Positions 51,663-63,018 of a stretch of 64,000 nucleotides of DNA are shown piece by piece. The notes under the pieces were generated by a model, which worked only from the letters and a program-made list of their open reading frames with translations, ran no database searches and was not told where the DNA came from. Position 1 is the stretch's first letter; every line of letters begins with the position of its first letter. Position numbers and translations under genes: made by a program. The stretch comes from Candidatus Acidiferrum sp. (GTDB lineage: Bacteria > Acidobacteriota > Terriglobia > Acidiferrales > UBA7541): contig DATDHE010000588.1 in the NCBI GenBank assembly GCA_036521695.1, positions 3,752-67,751 on the forward strand, written 5' to 3'.

Positions 51663-54320
51663 GTGACACTGTGGAGAAAGCTTCGTTCTTGGCTCAGGGT
51701 AACGCTACGGCGTTCCCGCATGGAGAGCGAAATGGATGCTGAGCTCCGTTTCCACATCGAAGCCTTTGCAGAGGATTTGGTGCGCAGCGGCTTCTCGCGT
51801 AAGGACGCCATGCGTCGCGCGCGCATCGAGTTTGGCGGAATCGAGCGCGTTAAAGAAGAAGCCCGGGAAGCGCGTGGCGTCAGTTTTCTGGATGAACTGC
51901 TGCAAGATCTGCGCTACGGGCAGCGTGTCCTGCGCAAGAGTCCTGGTTTTGCAGTTGTTGCCGTGTTTACCCTGGCCCTGGGTATAGGCGCCACGACGGC
52001 CATTTTTAGCGTGGTCAATGCAGTTTTGCTGCGGCCATTGGCGATGGAAGATCCCTTCCGCGTGGTGTATTTGCAGGAGCAGTGGCAGGATATTTTTCCC
52101 GGCGTCTCGGTAGGCAACTTCACTGATTTGAAAAAACTGAGCACTTCCTTTGCGGAGCTCACCGCTTCTAGCAACGCAAGTTTCAACCTCGAAGCTCGAG
52201 AACTACCCGAGCGTGTGGACGGTGAAATTGCGACGGCGAATTATTTCGCCACTTTTGGCGTTCAGCCTATGGCCGGGCGCGTGTTCACAGCCGAGGAGGA
52301 CAGGCCTGGCCTGCCGAAGGTGGTGGTCATCAGCGAGCGCTTGTGGCGCACGCGGCTTCAGGCGGATCCCGCGATCGTCGGGCAGCCGATCCGCATCAAC
52401 GGCCTGCCTACCATCGTAGTTGGCGTTATGCCTAAGAGTTTCGATCCATTGCTCAGCAACAGTGATCTTTGGGTTCCGGCCGCGTACACCGCCGAACAGC
52501 TTGCCGATCACGATGACCACTATCTGAACGTCATGGGACGGCTCAAGCCCGGCACGTCGCAAGCCCAAGCACAATCGGAACTCAATGTAATCGCGCAGCG
52601 GCTGCAGCAGTTGTATCCGCTTGACGATAAGGACCGCGGTTTTCGCATTCAGCCGCTCACTTCAGTGCTCCTCGGCGACCAGCGGTTGGGACTGCGCATG
52701 ATCCTCGCGGCGGTCGGCTTCTTGTTGTTGATTGCCTGCGCGAATATCGCGAATTTGCAGCTGGCCCGCTCTCGCACACGCCAAAAAGAATTTGCCATGC
52801 GCGCGGCGCTTGGAGCCTCGCCGAGCCGCATCGTCCGTCAGCTTCTCGCGGAAAATGTCGTGCTAGGACTTGCCGGTGGCGTCGTCGGCGTCTTACTTGC
52901 CTATTGGGCTCTGTCCTGGATCCTTGCTCACGGGCCCGCCGAAATGCCGCGGCTGGACCAGTCGCGCATCGACGCCAGCGCGCTTGTATTTGCGAGCTCC
53001 GTCGCCCTGCTCTCCAGTCTACTGTTCGGTCTGGCTCCGGCACTCCGCTCCGCTTCCACGCGGCTCAACGAAATCTTCAAGTCGACCTCCGGTGTTTCCA
53101 GCGGCAGCCGAGATCGTGTTCGCAGTCTGCTGGTAATCGGAGAAGTCGCTCTGGCGTTGATTCTGATGACTGGCGCGGGGCTGCTCATCCGCAGTGCGCT
53201 GCTCGTCTCGCATGTGGATCCGGGCTTTGATATTTCCAACGTCGTGGTCGGGCGTGTCGGCCTGCCCGATCCTGGCTATCACGATCCCGCCATTGCGCGG
53301 CAGGCGTTTGAACGGATGATCACCGCCACTGCTGCTTTGCCCGGGGTGGAGTCGGTCGCCGTCGTTTCACGCGCTCCGCTTGCTGGTGGTGGCAGCAGCA
53401 ACGGCTTGCTCCCCGAAGGCAAACCATTTGACCCGGCGAATCTGGTCAATTCGCAATTGCAAATCATCTCGCCCAGTTATCTCTCAACCGCCCGCGTGCC
53501 GCTGAAAGCCGGCCGCGATTTCACCTTGCAAGATACACGCGAACGCATTTTTGTCGCCATCGTCAACGAGGCGCTCGCCCGTACGATGTGGCCCGCCGAA
53601 AACCCCATTGGCAAACGCTTCGCGTGCTGTGAGTCCGGGCCAAGAGGCCGCTTGGATCCTGTTTGGCACGAAGTGGTCGGTGTCGTGGCTGATGTTCGTG
53701 CACAGGGGCTTGACCGCCAAGTACAGCCAGCGTTTTACATTCCGATTGCGCAAATGCCGCCCAGCGCGTGGGACTGGATTGGCCGCACCATGGACTTGGT
53801 GGTGCGGACTCGCGGAGGCGTCGTCCCCATCCAAGAGTTGCAAAGCACAGTGGCGTCCGTTGCGCCTGAAGTTCCGATTTACGGGCTCTCCACCATGCAG
53901 CAGAAAATCTCCAACACTCTAGAGCGCTCGCATTTCGACACGTTTCTCCTGGCCATTTTTGCCGCAACTGCGCTGCTGCTCTCGTCAGTTGGGATTTATG
54001 GAGTTCTGTCGTATATGGTTGCTCAGCGTACGCGCGACATCGGAATTCGCATGGCACTTGGCGCATCGCAAACGCAGATTGTTTGGAACGTGCTCGGATT
54101 CGGAGTGCGCCTGGCTGCTATCGGGCTTGCAATCGGCATCGCCGGCGCACTGGGGGCCACCCGCTGGCTTTCTTCCTTGCTATACGGCGTGCGTCCCACC
54201 GACGCAGTCACATTTATCGCAGTTTCTCTCCTATTGTTGTTGGTCGCGTTGATCGCTAGTTATCTCCCCGCGCGCCGCGCCACGCGGGTCGATCCCGTCG
54301 TCGCGTTGAGACACGAATGA
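51663..54320 (+). CDS. ADOP-family duplicated MacB/FtsX ABC permease 2
   Basis: Same architecture as permease 1; ends VDPVVALRHE. Confidence 0.92.
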   Translation: MTLWRKLRSWLRVTLRRSRMESEMDAELRFHIEAFAEDLVRSGFSRKDAMRRARIEFGGIERVKEEAREARGVSFLDELLQDLRYGQRVLRKSPGFAVVAVFTLALGIGATTAIFSVVNAVLLRPLAMEDPFRVVYLQEQWQDIFPGVSVGNFTDLKKLSTSFAELTASSNASFNLEARELPERVDGEIATANYFATFGVQPMAGRVFTAEEDRPGLPKVVVISERLWRTRLQADPAIVGQPIRINGLPTIVVGVMPKSFDPLLSNSDLWVPAAYTAEQLADHDDHYLNVMGRLKPGTSQAQAQSELNVIAQRLQQLYPLDDKDRGFRIQPLTSVLLGDQRLGLRMILAAVGFLLLIACANIANLQLARSRTRQKEFAMRAALGASPSRIVRQLLAENVVLGLAGGVVGVLLAYWALSWILAHGPAEMPRLDQSRIDASALVFASSVALLSSLLFGLAPALRSASTRLNEIFKSTSGVSSGSRDRVRSLLVIGEVALALILMTGAGLLIRSALLVSHVDPGFDISNVVVGRVGLPDPGYHDPAIARQAFERMITATAALPGVESVAVVSRAPLAGGGSSNGLLPEGKPFDPANLVNSQLQIISPSYLSTARVPLKAGRDFTLQDTRERIFVAIVNEALARTMWPAENPIGKRFACCESGPRGRLDPVWHEVVGVVADVRAQGLDRQVQPAFYIPIAQMPPSAWDWIGRTMDLVVRTRGGVVPIQELQSTVASVAPEVPIYGLSTMQQKISNTLERSHFDTFLLAIFAATALLLSSVGIYGVLSYMVAQRTRDIGIRMALGASQTQIVWNVLGFGVRLAAIGLAIGIAGALGATRWLSSLLYGVRPTDAVTFIAVSLLLLLVALIASYLPARRATRVDPVVALRHE

Positions 54321-54331
54321 TGGCGTAGTTC

Positions 54332-54455
54332 GTCGGCGTTTTCGGAGGGACCTCTTATTCCGTCTCGGAGCGCACACAGGAGATCGGCGGCGTCATGGGT
54401 ACTGGCGCGACGCGCGTCGCATCTCGATCCTCTGGTAGCGCTGAGGTATCAATGA
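54332..54455 (+). pseudogene. Remnant of a third ADOP permease C-terminus
   Basis: VGVFGGTSYSVSERTQEIGGVMGTGA joined out of frame to ASHLDPLVALRYQ*. Confidence 0.7.
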
Positions 54456-54532
54456 CGGCCCACATCCACATCAATGTTGGAATCCTAGGAGCAAGGTAGG
54501 GAGGTCTCATCCTTTGGAGCTTGCTAGCTCCT

Positions 54533-55684
54533 TTAGTACAGTTTGACCGCTAAATCTTGCGGCTTGTCGCCGACAGGGATCATGGTCAGCAGGCTATTGG
54601 TGCGTACGCGGATAATGGCAACATCCCCGGAGCCCTCGTTCACCACGATCAGCAGATTTTCATTCGGTTCATCGGGATCGAAGCGTAGCACGCCGGGAGA
54701 CTGGCCCGCAGTAATCGGGAACTCCTTCCCCGTGCCGGGGTCGCGAATCACGCGGCGGTTCTGGATGTCCACGGGAATAATGTGGCCTGCTGCGCTGTCC
54801 GAAACGTACAGCGTGTTTCCGTCGGCGCTCAGAACGCCGCGCGTGGGCGCCGACCCGAGAACCATATAGTCGCCGACCTCGTGCGTCCAAGTGTTGATGA
54901 CCTGCAACCCGTGAGCCTCGGGCGAAATGACGTATAGCTCGCCGCCGTCCGGCTTGAGCAGGATGTCCGACGGGTTCCCATCCAGTTCGAGGTTGGCTAC
55001 GAGAACGCTTCTCCGTAGATCGACCACAGAGAGCCGGTGCTCCGTTCTGCTCAGAACAAACGCCAAGCTGCTGTCAGGAAGGATGACAACTTTTTCCGGC
55101 TGCTGAACGATCCCAACGGTGCTGCGCAGCGCCAGCGTGGCCGCATCGTGAATCCCCAACGTGGCATCGCGATGATTGAGCACCAGCACGCTCTTTCCAT
55201 CAGGCGTCACGCGTGCTAGGACAGGCTCGCCCCCTGTTTTCGTACGTGCCAGCGCGTTTCGCGTTTGGCAATCGAGCGCAATCAGCGTGTCCGATCCTGC
55301 CGAGGTTGTGTACAGTCGGCTGCCGTCCGGCGAAAAATCAATCGCGTAGGGAAGCGGCCCCACGGGAATGCGTGAGCTCACTTGATTCACCCGGGCATTG
55401 ATGACCCAAACGTATCCGCCCGCCGAACTCACGCCCCAAATTTCCGCACGGGTCGGATGTTCACGCATCCCGGATAGTCCTGGCCCAACCGCAATGCGCG
55501 CTACTGCCGCCAGCTTCACGAGATCAATGACCGTCACGCTTCCGTCCGCGGCAGAAACGTAAGCGCACAATCGCAAACCCGGCCTCAGAAAAGATGGCCG
55601 GTGCTCGCGCACAAGCTCCACCACGCCCACTGTGAGCAGGATGACTAGCAGAAGATACACCCGGAAGTTGCGCGGACGGTTCAT
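54533..55684 (-). CDS. YncE/YVTN beta-propeller protein with N-terminal anchor
   Basis: Repeated IPVGPLPYAIDFSPDGSRLY-type units. Confidence 0.85.
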   Translation of the reverse strand: MNRPRNFRVYLLLVILLTVGVVELVREHRPSFLRPGLRLCAYVSAADGSVTVIDLVKLAAVARIAVGPGLSGMREHPTRAEIWGVSSAGGYVWVINARVNQVSSRIPVGPLPYAIDFSPDGSRLYTTSAGSDTLIALDCQTRNALARTKTGGEPVLARVTPDGKSVLVLNHRDATLGIHDAATLALRSTVGIVQQPEKVVILPDSSLAFVLSRTEHRLSVVDLRRSVLVANLELDGNPSDILLKPDGGELYVISPEAHGLQVINTWTHEVGDYMVLGSAPTRGVLSADGNTLYVSDSAAGHIIPVDIQNRRVIRDPGTGKEFPITAGQSPGVLRFDPDEPNENLLIVVNEGSGDVAIIRVRTNSLLTMIPVGDKPQDLAVKLY

Positions 55685-55838
55685 AAGTCGTTTGGATTGT
55701 TACATGTCGTCCGTGGAATTAGCCAGAAGCCCGGGCAGCGGTGAGAAGTAAAAGCTTGCAGGATGGGCCTAATTCCGTGTCGCAGGGCATCTGTCTTTAA
55801 CCCGTAGGTTGAATACACCAGTGCGGGCAGCGCATTTC

Positions 55839-56867
55839 TCAATTCACTTCGCGACCCAAAACCGCCGCAATTTGCCGGACCTCTTCGACCAGCTCAGTAA
55901 ACTCCTCCGGCAAAATCGACTGCATTCCGTCAGAAAGGGCCTTGTCCGGCTCGTGGTGGACTTCGACGAGCAATCCGTCCGCTCCCACGGCAATCGCCGC
56001 TCGGGAAAGGGGCAGCACTTTGTGCCGTTTTCCCGTGCCGTGCGACGGATCAACCAAAATAGGAAGGTGGCTGCGTTTTTTCACTGCCGGTACGACCGCC
56101 AAATCCAACGTGTTGCGAGAAAAATCAGAGAAAGTCCGCACACCGCGCTCGCAAAGCATGACGTTGTAATTTCCTTCGAACAAAATATATTCCGCGGCCA
56201 TCAAAAACTCATCCAGCGTCGCCGACATCCCGCGCTTCAAGAGCACCGGCTTCTTTGCGCGCCCAGCCCGTTTGAGCAGCGAAAAATTCTGCATGTTTCG
56301 CGCGCCAATCTGAATTACGTCGGCGTATTCTTCGACAAGGTCCAGACTCTCGCGATCGATGGCTTCGGTGATGATCCCGAAGCCGTACATCTCACGTACC
56401 TTCGCCAATATCTTCAAACCAGGTAATCCCAGCCCCTGAAAACTGTACGGCGACGTCCGCGGTTTATACGCTCCGCCGCGAAACAGTCTCGCCCCGCTCT
56501 TTTTCACTCGTTCTGCAATCGCCAGACACTGTTCTTCTGTCTCGACCGCGCACGGCCCAGCCACCAGCGCGATCATCTTTCCGCCGACAACCACTTCTCC
56601 GCCCGGTACTGGAATCCGCAGTACACTGTCTTCCTCTTTCGCGTCCCTGCTCACCAGCTTGTATGGCTTACTGACCGGTATGCACTCCACCACTCCCGGC
56701 AGCGACTCCAGTACTCCGAGATCAACCGCTCCTTTATTCCCGGTAATCCCAATAGCCGTTCGAATCGTCCCCGGAATGGGATGTGCCTTCAGCCCCAAGC
56801 TTTCGATGCGCTCGCACACACCACGAATCTGCTCCTCGGTAGCGTGCGATTGCATGACAACCAGCAT
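55839..56867 (-). CDS. aroF: DAHP synthase type I-beta with N-terminal regulatory domain
   Basis: [50 protein letters not shown]. Confidence 0.95.
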   Translation of the reverse strand: MLVVMQSHATEEQIRGVCERIESLGLKAHPIPGTIRTAIGITGNKGAVDLGVLESLPGVVECIPVSKPYKLVSRDAKEEDSVLRIPVPGGEVVVGGKMIALVAGPCAVETEEQCLAIAERVKKSGARLFRGGAYKPRTSPYSFQGLGLPGLKILAKVREMYGFGIITEAIDRESLDLVEEYADVIQIGARNMQNFSLLKRAGRAKKPVLLKRGMSATLDEFLMAAEYILFEGNYNVMLCERGVRTFSDFSRNTLDLAVVPAVKKRSHLPILVDPSHGTGKRHKVLPLSRAAIAVGADGLLVEVHHEPDKALSDGMQSILPEEFTELVEEVRQIAAVLGREVN

Positions 56868-56977
56868 CAGCGGCTCCCCTGTGTGCTCAGTGGATTATGA
56901 GCAATTCAGTAGTCTACGGCATGCCGCCGCAACCTCGCAAATCTACGAACGATTCGAATGTTTTGAAAGGGAACCGT

Positions 56978-58669
56978 TCACGCGGGCGTCGCGGAAGCAC
57001 CGTGCCGCATCCGATAAAAACCTCGTGCCAACACGAACAAAAGTAGTGCGCTCAAGGCAATCGTCACAAAAGTCCATAGTGCCACGGCGTTGTCATCGCC
57101 TACCACGTAGTCCGGAATTCTAAGCAGACTCCACATCGCGTCGCTCAATACCCGTTCGTCGCCCAGCTGCAAGCTCGAAGACCGGTATTCCTCAAAAACG
57201 CCCTGAAACGGTAGGAAGCTCACCAGAAATGCGCCGCAGGCAACGAGTAGAGTTGCAGGGGCAAAGTCCGCTACCAAGCAGGTCGCTCTCCGCCAAAAAG
57301 ATTTCGCTCTTTGATCCCTGCCCCGCCACAGCTCGAGCATGCAAAATTGTCGAGAGCGCGGCGATGCCAGCGATCACTACCAAAATCCCAAACCCTTGCA
57401 CGAGGGTGGCCTCTTTTCGAAGCGCTACCGCCCGCGCGCTCCTCGACGGATTGAACGCACGCCGCATCTCCTTGGATTGCTCATCGATTTGTTCAAGACG
57501 CATGGCAGCTCTCCGCGCATCTTCGGGCCTGCCTGATTCCTGATAAAGCTTTGTCATGGCCTTGTTGGCGTTCCGTGCGATGGCAAGGCCAATCAGCTTT
57601 TCCAGGTCCGAATCGCTTGCGTTTGCTTCCGCCATCCTCATCCCGAACATGTCCAAACTGGCGAGCGTACTCTCTGCGCGTTTTGTGTTTCCAGATGCTT
57701 GCGCAGTTTGAGATTGTTGAATTTTAATGTCGCAATAAAGTCTGAAGGTCAGCATATTTGGAAAACCGTGCTGCCAAATACCGTAAAGGACGGTTGTCGG
57801 CGGCAGACTCTTCTCTCGATTCCAGACCGTTCGAGCGAGCTGAAAGTGGCGCTGGAAATAGCTGTCATATCGCGGGGCCGCGTAAGCGCTATCCATCAGC
57901 GCCAACCAATTCGAATTGCTTTCCAGCCTCTGTCGAATTTTGTCAATTTTCACTCCATGCTCGAGGTCCGTCTCTGTGCGGGCCTGGACCTGCGCGTCGG
58001 CGGCAAGCAGCTGAGGCACTGCGTTGCCAGGATCAGCCGCTTGCAACCGCGCCAGCCATTCCGCTCGCGGCGGATCGTCATCCAGTCCGCGATTCCGCGC
58101 GGCGAAGACCCACATGAACTGCGGATCCAGCGCAACCGCGCGCTCCGCCAGATCCGCTCCATGAGCCCGGTCGGACGTGCTCAGCGCGACGAAGGCAAGC
58201 GTGCTGGCATCTCCCTCCTTTTCCGCGCGGGCCGCTAGCTCGTCCAACATGCGTTGGTCCCAGCCCGACTCCCGATAGCCCCGCCAACTCGAGCTCACTG
58301 TTCGAATCGCCTCTCGCCCCTCTGGCAAGGTCAGCAGCAACGCGGCGACCGCCAGAACTACCGCCGTAAACACACGCGATCTCTTCGGCAGCAGCGAAGA
58401 TCCCTCCGGCCCAACCGCGCCGCCCGAAAGGGAACTGCCCGCCGGACGTTTCATCCACTTCCAAGCACTCGAAAGCACCGAACGTGAGAAGAGCATAATT
58501 CCTCCGAACGACCACTTCACCGTTTCAAACGAACTCCTCGTCTCATCAATCTCAGCCGCGAGCGCCAGCCCCACGCGCGATTTTCCTCCGGCCAATGTCG
58601 CACAGCGCAACCCAACAGCCATCGCGCAAAGCGAGCTACGGCTGGCCTCTCTTGATTTGCCATGCTCAT
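56978..58669 (-). pseudogene. PadR-associated membrane protein with two frameshifts
   Basis: ATGA overlap with padR; WPEENRAWG|LALAAEIDE shift at a G4 run (58569-58572); STIL|MLELW shift near 57341; TM - periplasmic helical domain - TMs. Confidence 0.7.
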
Positions 58670-58977
58670 ACCTCGTGCTCCGCGGGCTTCCAGAAGCGCC
58701 GTTCCCGCGCCGCGCGAATCTCTTCCCGAGCCCACTCCCGCGCAGTTCCGGAAAGCCGGTAAAGATGCCGCGGCGGCCGCCCGGGCGTTTTGGCCTCTTC
58801 CCAGCGCGTTTCGAGCCATTGCAATTTCTCAAGCCGCATGAGAATGGGATAAAGCGTCCCTGAAGGAATGCTCGTGTTCTGGCTCAGCGAATAGCCGTGC
58901 TGCCATTGTCCTGGCCGGGTGAGCAATGCATCGAGCACCATCAGTGTCTGCTTCGAAAGCCGAATCCGTAGGCCCAT
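58666..58977 (-). CDS. PadR-family transcriptional regulator
   Basis: HGYSLS, SGTLYPILMRLE, GRPPRHLYRL. Confidence 0.9.
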   Translation of the reverse strand: MGLRIRLSKQTLMVLDALLTRPGQWQHGYSLSQNTSIPSGTLYPILMRLEKLQWLETRWEEAKTPGRPPRHLYRLSGTAREWAREEIRAARERRFWKPAEHEV

Positions 58978-58983
58978 ATTCTA

Positions 58984-59011
58984 AGTCTATATAGGTAGAT
59001 ATAAATGTCAA
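58984..59011 (-). promoter_or_regulatory. Sigma70-like promoter giving a probably leaderless padR mRNA
   Basis: TTGACA-16-TAGACT ending 6 nt before the ATG; no SD. Confidence 0.6.
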
Positions 59012-59143
59012 TCGCCTTTTTTTCCACCTCGCATCAAGTCGCAACCTCTCGTTTCGACATCTTTTCCGCAAGGGCCCGCCTCCCGCGGTCATTTTGCGGC
59101 GTGTGATAGAATGATTTGTTCAAGGACAGGCTGATTTTTCTAC

Positions 59144-60355
59144 ATGGGAATGCCAGAGCAACCTCTCACTCACGTGTCCGAGTTCGATGACGAAGACGAA
59201 TATCGCCCGGAACCTGAGCCTGAACCGCTGCCACCTACCTGGATGGACGGCAGCCTGCGCATTGGCATTCATGCGTCCATCGCCGGAAGTTATCTAACCG
59301 CGCTCGAATCTGCTCGCAAGCTGGGCTGCAACGCGCTTCAAATGTTCTCCGCAAGCCCGCGCATGTGGCAGGGCGGACCGGCACGCATCCCCGAAGCAGA
59401 CGCCGCCGCTTTTCGCGCCCGCCGCGCGGAACTCGGCCTCGGCCCGCTGGTCATACACGCAAACTATCTGATCAATCTCGCGGCCGCGCAGCCCATGCTG
59501 CGAACTCGCTCCATCCAAGCCTTCCACGATGAACTTGTGCGCGGCGTAGCCCTCGGGGCGGATTTCCTGGTGGTTCATCCTGGCTCACGCGGAGAAGCGA
59601 CGTCCGAGCAAGCCGTCTCCACGGTCATCGAATCGGTTAAGCAGGGGTCCAAGCGAATTTCTCTCGGCAATCTGCGCATCCTCATCGAAAACACGGCGGG
59701 AATGGGCGTCGCCGTCGGCTCGCGTCTCGAAGAAGTTGCGGAAATCCTAGCCGGACTTAAAGGCGTGCCTGCGGACGCCTGCCTCGACACCGCGCATCTC
59801 TTTGCCGCAGGCTACGACATCAAAAGCGAGACCGGCCTGACTTCGACGCTTGACGTAATCGACAAAACGATTGGCCTCGATCGCCTCCCCGTCTTTCACG
59901 CCAATGATTCGAAAATCCCCCTCGGCGGCCGCGTCGATCGGCACGAAAACATCGGCGAAGGCAAAATCGGGGCCGAAGCGTTTCATCGCATTTTGACGCA
60001 CCCCCGCCTCGGCGCATCGTCTCCCGAGGGCTTAGCCGGCCGCGCTTTCCTGCTCGAAACGCCCATCGATCAACCCGGCGATGACCGCCGCAACGTCGCC
60101 AAGCTATGGGAACTCGCCGGCTTGAGCGAGCAAGCCCCGTCAGCCGAAAAAGGCTTCTCGATGCTCACTACGGCCATCAAGAAAGTACAAATGAAAACAG
60201 CGGCAACCGCAAAAAACGCGGAGCGCCGCAAGAAAGCTTTAGAGGCGTCAGCGGCGGCGCGGTCGGCCGAACCGAAAAAGAAATCGAAACCAGCGGCTAA
60301 GAAATTGAAGTCGGCAAGCAAGTCCAAAAAATCGCGCATGACCAAGAGGGGATAG
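59144..60355 (+). CDS. nfo: Endonuclease IV with acidic N-tail and Lys/Ala-rich C-tail
   Basis: HANYLINLA, VVHPGS, IENTAG, CLDTAH, HANDSK, DRHENIG, LETP. Confidence 0.93.
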   Translation: MGMPEQPLTHVSEFDDEDEYRPEPEPEPLPPTWMDGSLRIGIHASIAGSYLTALESARKLGCNALQMFSASPRMWQGGPARIPEADAAAFRARRAELGLGPLVIHANYLINLAAAQPMLRTRSIQAFHDELVRGVALGADFLVVHPGSRGEATSEQAVSTVIESVKQGSKRISLGNLRILIENTAGMGVAVGSRLEEVAEILAGLKGVPADACLDTAHLFAAGYDIKSETGLTSTLDVIDKTIGLDRLPVFHANDSKIPLGGRVDRHENIGEGKIGAEAFHRILTHPRLGASSPEGLAGRAFLLETPIDQPGDDRRNVAKLWELAGLSEQAPSAEKGFSMLTTAIKKVQMKTAATAKNAERRKKALEASAAARSAEPKKKSKPAAKKLKSASKSKKSRMTKRG

Positions 60356-60361
60356 CGAGGC

Positions 60362-62875
60362 GTGGCGGACTACAACCCACAAGAAATCGAAGCAAAGTGG
60401 CAGAAGCGCTGGGAAGAAGCGCGCGTGTTCGAAACGGAAGCCGATCCTTCAAAGCCCAAATATTACACCCTGGAAATGCTTCCGTACCCCTCCGGCACGA
60501 TGCACATGGGGCACATGCGCAATTACGCGATCGGCGACGTTGTCGCCCGTGTCAAACGCATGGGCGGCTTCAACGTTCTTCACCCCATGGGCTGGGACGC
60601 CTTCGGCCTGCCAGCCGAAAACGCAGCCATCAAGAACAACACGCATCCGCGCCTCTGGACCAACAACAACATCGGCGAATTTCAGCGCACGCTGCGGCGC
60701 TTCGGTTTCAGCTACGATTGGCGCCGCGAAATCGCCACCTGCGAGCCCGAATATTATCGCTGGAACCAGTGGTTTTTTCTGCGCATGCTCGAGCGCGGCC
60801 TCGCCTACCGCAAAAAGAGCCGTGTGAACTGGTGCCCGAAATGTTGCACCGTACTCGCGAATGAGCAGGTTATCAACGGCGGCTACTGCTGGCGCCACGA
60901 AGATACAATCGTCGGAGCCCGCGAACTCGAGCAATGGTTTCTCAAAATTACCGCCTATGCCGATCAACTCGTCGACGATCTGAAACAACTCGAAGGCACC
61001 TGGCCCGAGCGGGTCATTACCATGCAGCGCAACTGGATTGGCCGCTCGCAAGGCGCGAGAGTCAAATTTGAAATCGCAGATCTCTCCAGCGTCAAGCCCA
61101 TCGAAATCTTCACCACGCGAATCGACACCATTTATGGAGCGACCGCCATCGTTCTCGCTCCAACTCATCCGCTCGTCACGCGGCTCCTGCAAGGTTCTCC
61201 GGTCCGAGAGCAAGCCGAGCCCCAACTCGAGCGAATGCGTCAGACTTCCGTCAAAACCGCGGATCTCGCCACCGCCGAAAAAGTGGGCTTTTTCACCGGC
61301 CGTTACGCCACCAATCCATTTAGCAGTGAGAAAATCCCGATCTGGGTTGGCAACTTCGTGCTAATGGAATATGGCACCGGAGCCATTATGGCCGTGCCCG
61401 CCCACGATCAACGCGACTTCGAATTTTGCCGAAAATATGGTTTGCTTGTTCGCGTGGTCATCCAGCCGAGCCAAGGGGAGCCTCTTGTCGAAGAAAAAAT
61501 GACCGTCGCCTTCGACGAGCACCAAAATGGCAAGCTCGTCAATTCCGGCTCTTTCAACGGACTCTCTCCCGACGAAGCTATCGCGAAAATGACTGCCTTC
61601 GCCGAGAAAAGGGGTTTTGGCCAAGGCGAAGTCGTCTTCCGTCTGCGCGATTGGGGCATCTCTCGCCAGCGCTACTGGGGCACTCCGATTCCCGTGGTCT
61701 ATTGCCCAGACCATGGCTTGCAAGCAGTCCCAGAAAAAGACCTTCCCGTTCTGCTGCCGCCCAATCCCAAACTCACCGGCGAAGGGGAATCGCCTCTCGC
61801 ATCGACTCCGGAATTCGTCAACGCCATCTGTCCGAAGTGCGGCGGCCCGGCACGACGCGAAACCGATACGATGGACACCTTCGTCGATTCCTCGTGGTAT
61901 TTCTATCGCTACTGCGATCCGTACAACGACAGAGCTCCGTTCGATTCCGCAAAAGTTGCTTATTGGTTTCCGATCGACCAGTACATCGGCGGCATCACGC
62001 ACGCCATCCTGCACCTTCTCTATTCGCGCTTCTGGTGCAAAGTCATGCGAGACCTCGGCCTAATCACTCACAACGAACCCATTGCCAGGCTATTCACCCA
62101 GGGCATGATTCAAAAGGGTGGCGTCACCATGTCTAAGTCGCGCGGGAATGTTGTCGGTGCGATTGATATGGCGGATAAATACGGCGCCGACACCGGCCGG
62201 CTATATACGCTCTTCGCCGCGCCGCCCGAAAAAGACCTCGAATGGAACGAAGAGGGCATCGAGGGCTCCTGGCGTTTCCTCAACCGCGTCTTCCGCCTGG
62301 TGGACAAGCACGCGGCCGCAATTCGCCAGACCAAGAATTGGAATTTCGATTCGAAGGGAATGACCGACAAGGAACGCGACTTGATCAGAGTTGCCTATCA
62401 AACGATGCAAAGAGTTACGCAAGACTTCGAGACACGTTGGCATTTCAATTCCGCGATTGCCCAGATCATGGAATTGACCAACGAGATTTATTTGGCCGAG
62501 CCGCTAGAAAACGGCGTGCGACCCGAGATTCGCAAAGAGGTCTTGCAAATCCTTACTCTGCTTCTCGCACCCATGACCCCACACATAGCCGAGGAGATGT
62601 GGGAAATGCTCGGGAACACGGACGGCCTCTGGAACGCACCCTGGCCGATCCTGGCGAATGAGCAGCTCGAGCTGGCGAAAGACAACGAAGTCGAAATCCC
62701 GGTCCAGGTCAACGGCCGCGTCCGCGCCACACTTAAAGTCCCCGCAGGCGCAAACGAACTCGCTGTAGTGGCCAAAGCCAAAGCCGAGCCCGCTGTAGCC
62801 CGCCACATCGACGGCAAGCGCATCATGAAACAGATTTACGTGCCCGACAAACTCCTAAACCTGGTGGTCAAATGA
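60362..62875 (+). CDS. leuS: Leucine--tRNA ligase
   Basis: [49 protein letters not shown]. Confidence 0.98.
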   Translation: MADYNPQEIEAKWQKRWEEARVFETEADPSKPKYYTLEMLPYPSGTMHMGHMRNYAIGDVVARVKRMGGFNVLHPMGWDAFGLPAENAAIKNNTHPRLWTNNNIGEFQRTLRRFGFSYDWRREIATCEPEYYRWNQWFFLRMLERGLAYRKKSRVNWCPKCCTVLANEQVINGGYCWRHEDTIVGARELEQWFLKITAYADQLVDDLKQLEGTWPERVITMQRNWIGRSQGARVKFEIADLSSVKPIEIFTTRIDTIYGATAIVLAPTHPLVTRLLQGSPVREQAEPQLERMRQTSVKTADLATAEKVGFFTGRYATNPFSSEKIPIWVGNFVLMEYGTGAIMAVPAHDQRDFEFCRKYGLLVRVVIQPSQGEPLVEEKMTVAFDEHQNGKLVNSGSFNGLSPDEAIAKMTAFAEKRGFGQGEVVFRLRDWGISRQRYWGTPIPVVYCPDHGLQAVPEKDLPVLLPPNPKLTGEGESPLASTPEFVNAICPKCGGPARRETDTMDTFVDSSWYFYRYCDPYNDRAPFDSAKVAYWFPIDQYIGGITHAILHLLYSRFWCKVMRDLGLITHNEPIARLFTQGMIQKGGVTMSKSRGNVVGAIDMADKYGADTGRLYTLFAAPPEKDLEWNEEGIEGSWRFLNRVFRLVDKHAAAIRQTKNWNFDSKGMTDKERDLIRVAYQTMQRVTQDFETRWHFNSAIAQIMELTNEIYLAEPLENGVRPEIRKEVLQILTLLLAPMTPHIAEEMWEMLGNTDGLWNAPWPILANEQLELAKDNEVEIPVQVNGRVRATLKVPAGANELAVVAKAKAEPAVARHIDGKRIMKQIYVPDKLLNLVVK

Positions 62876-62887
62876 CAGGCCCCCAGT

Positions 62888-62982
62888 GGCACAGCCCCCG
62901 CTTCTCCATCGCGCGGCTTGTGCGCGATGAATCCTGGCTGTGCTCTTCTCTTTTTCTTTGTAGGTAGGGGCTTGCCCCTCCC
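62888..62982. repeat. Intergenic palindromic / REP-like cluster
   Basis: GCACAGCC...GGCTGTGC long hairpin with inner CATCGCGC/GCGCGATG, plus GTAGGTAGGGGC-TT-GCCCCT. Confidence 0.5.
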
Positions 62983-63018
62983 GCTTTTGCATGATTTGAA
63001 ATATCCGCGAGGTGCACA

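Noticed and set aside
62110-62150. TMSKS instead of KMSKS in LeuRS
   Set aside because: Variation at the first position is common and the catalytic second Lys is intact
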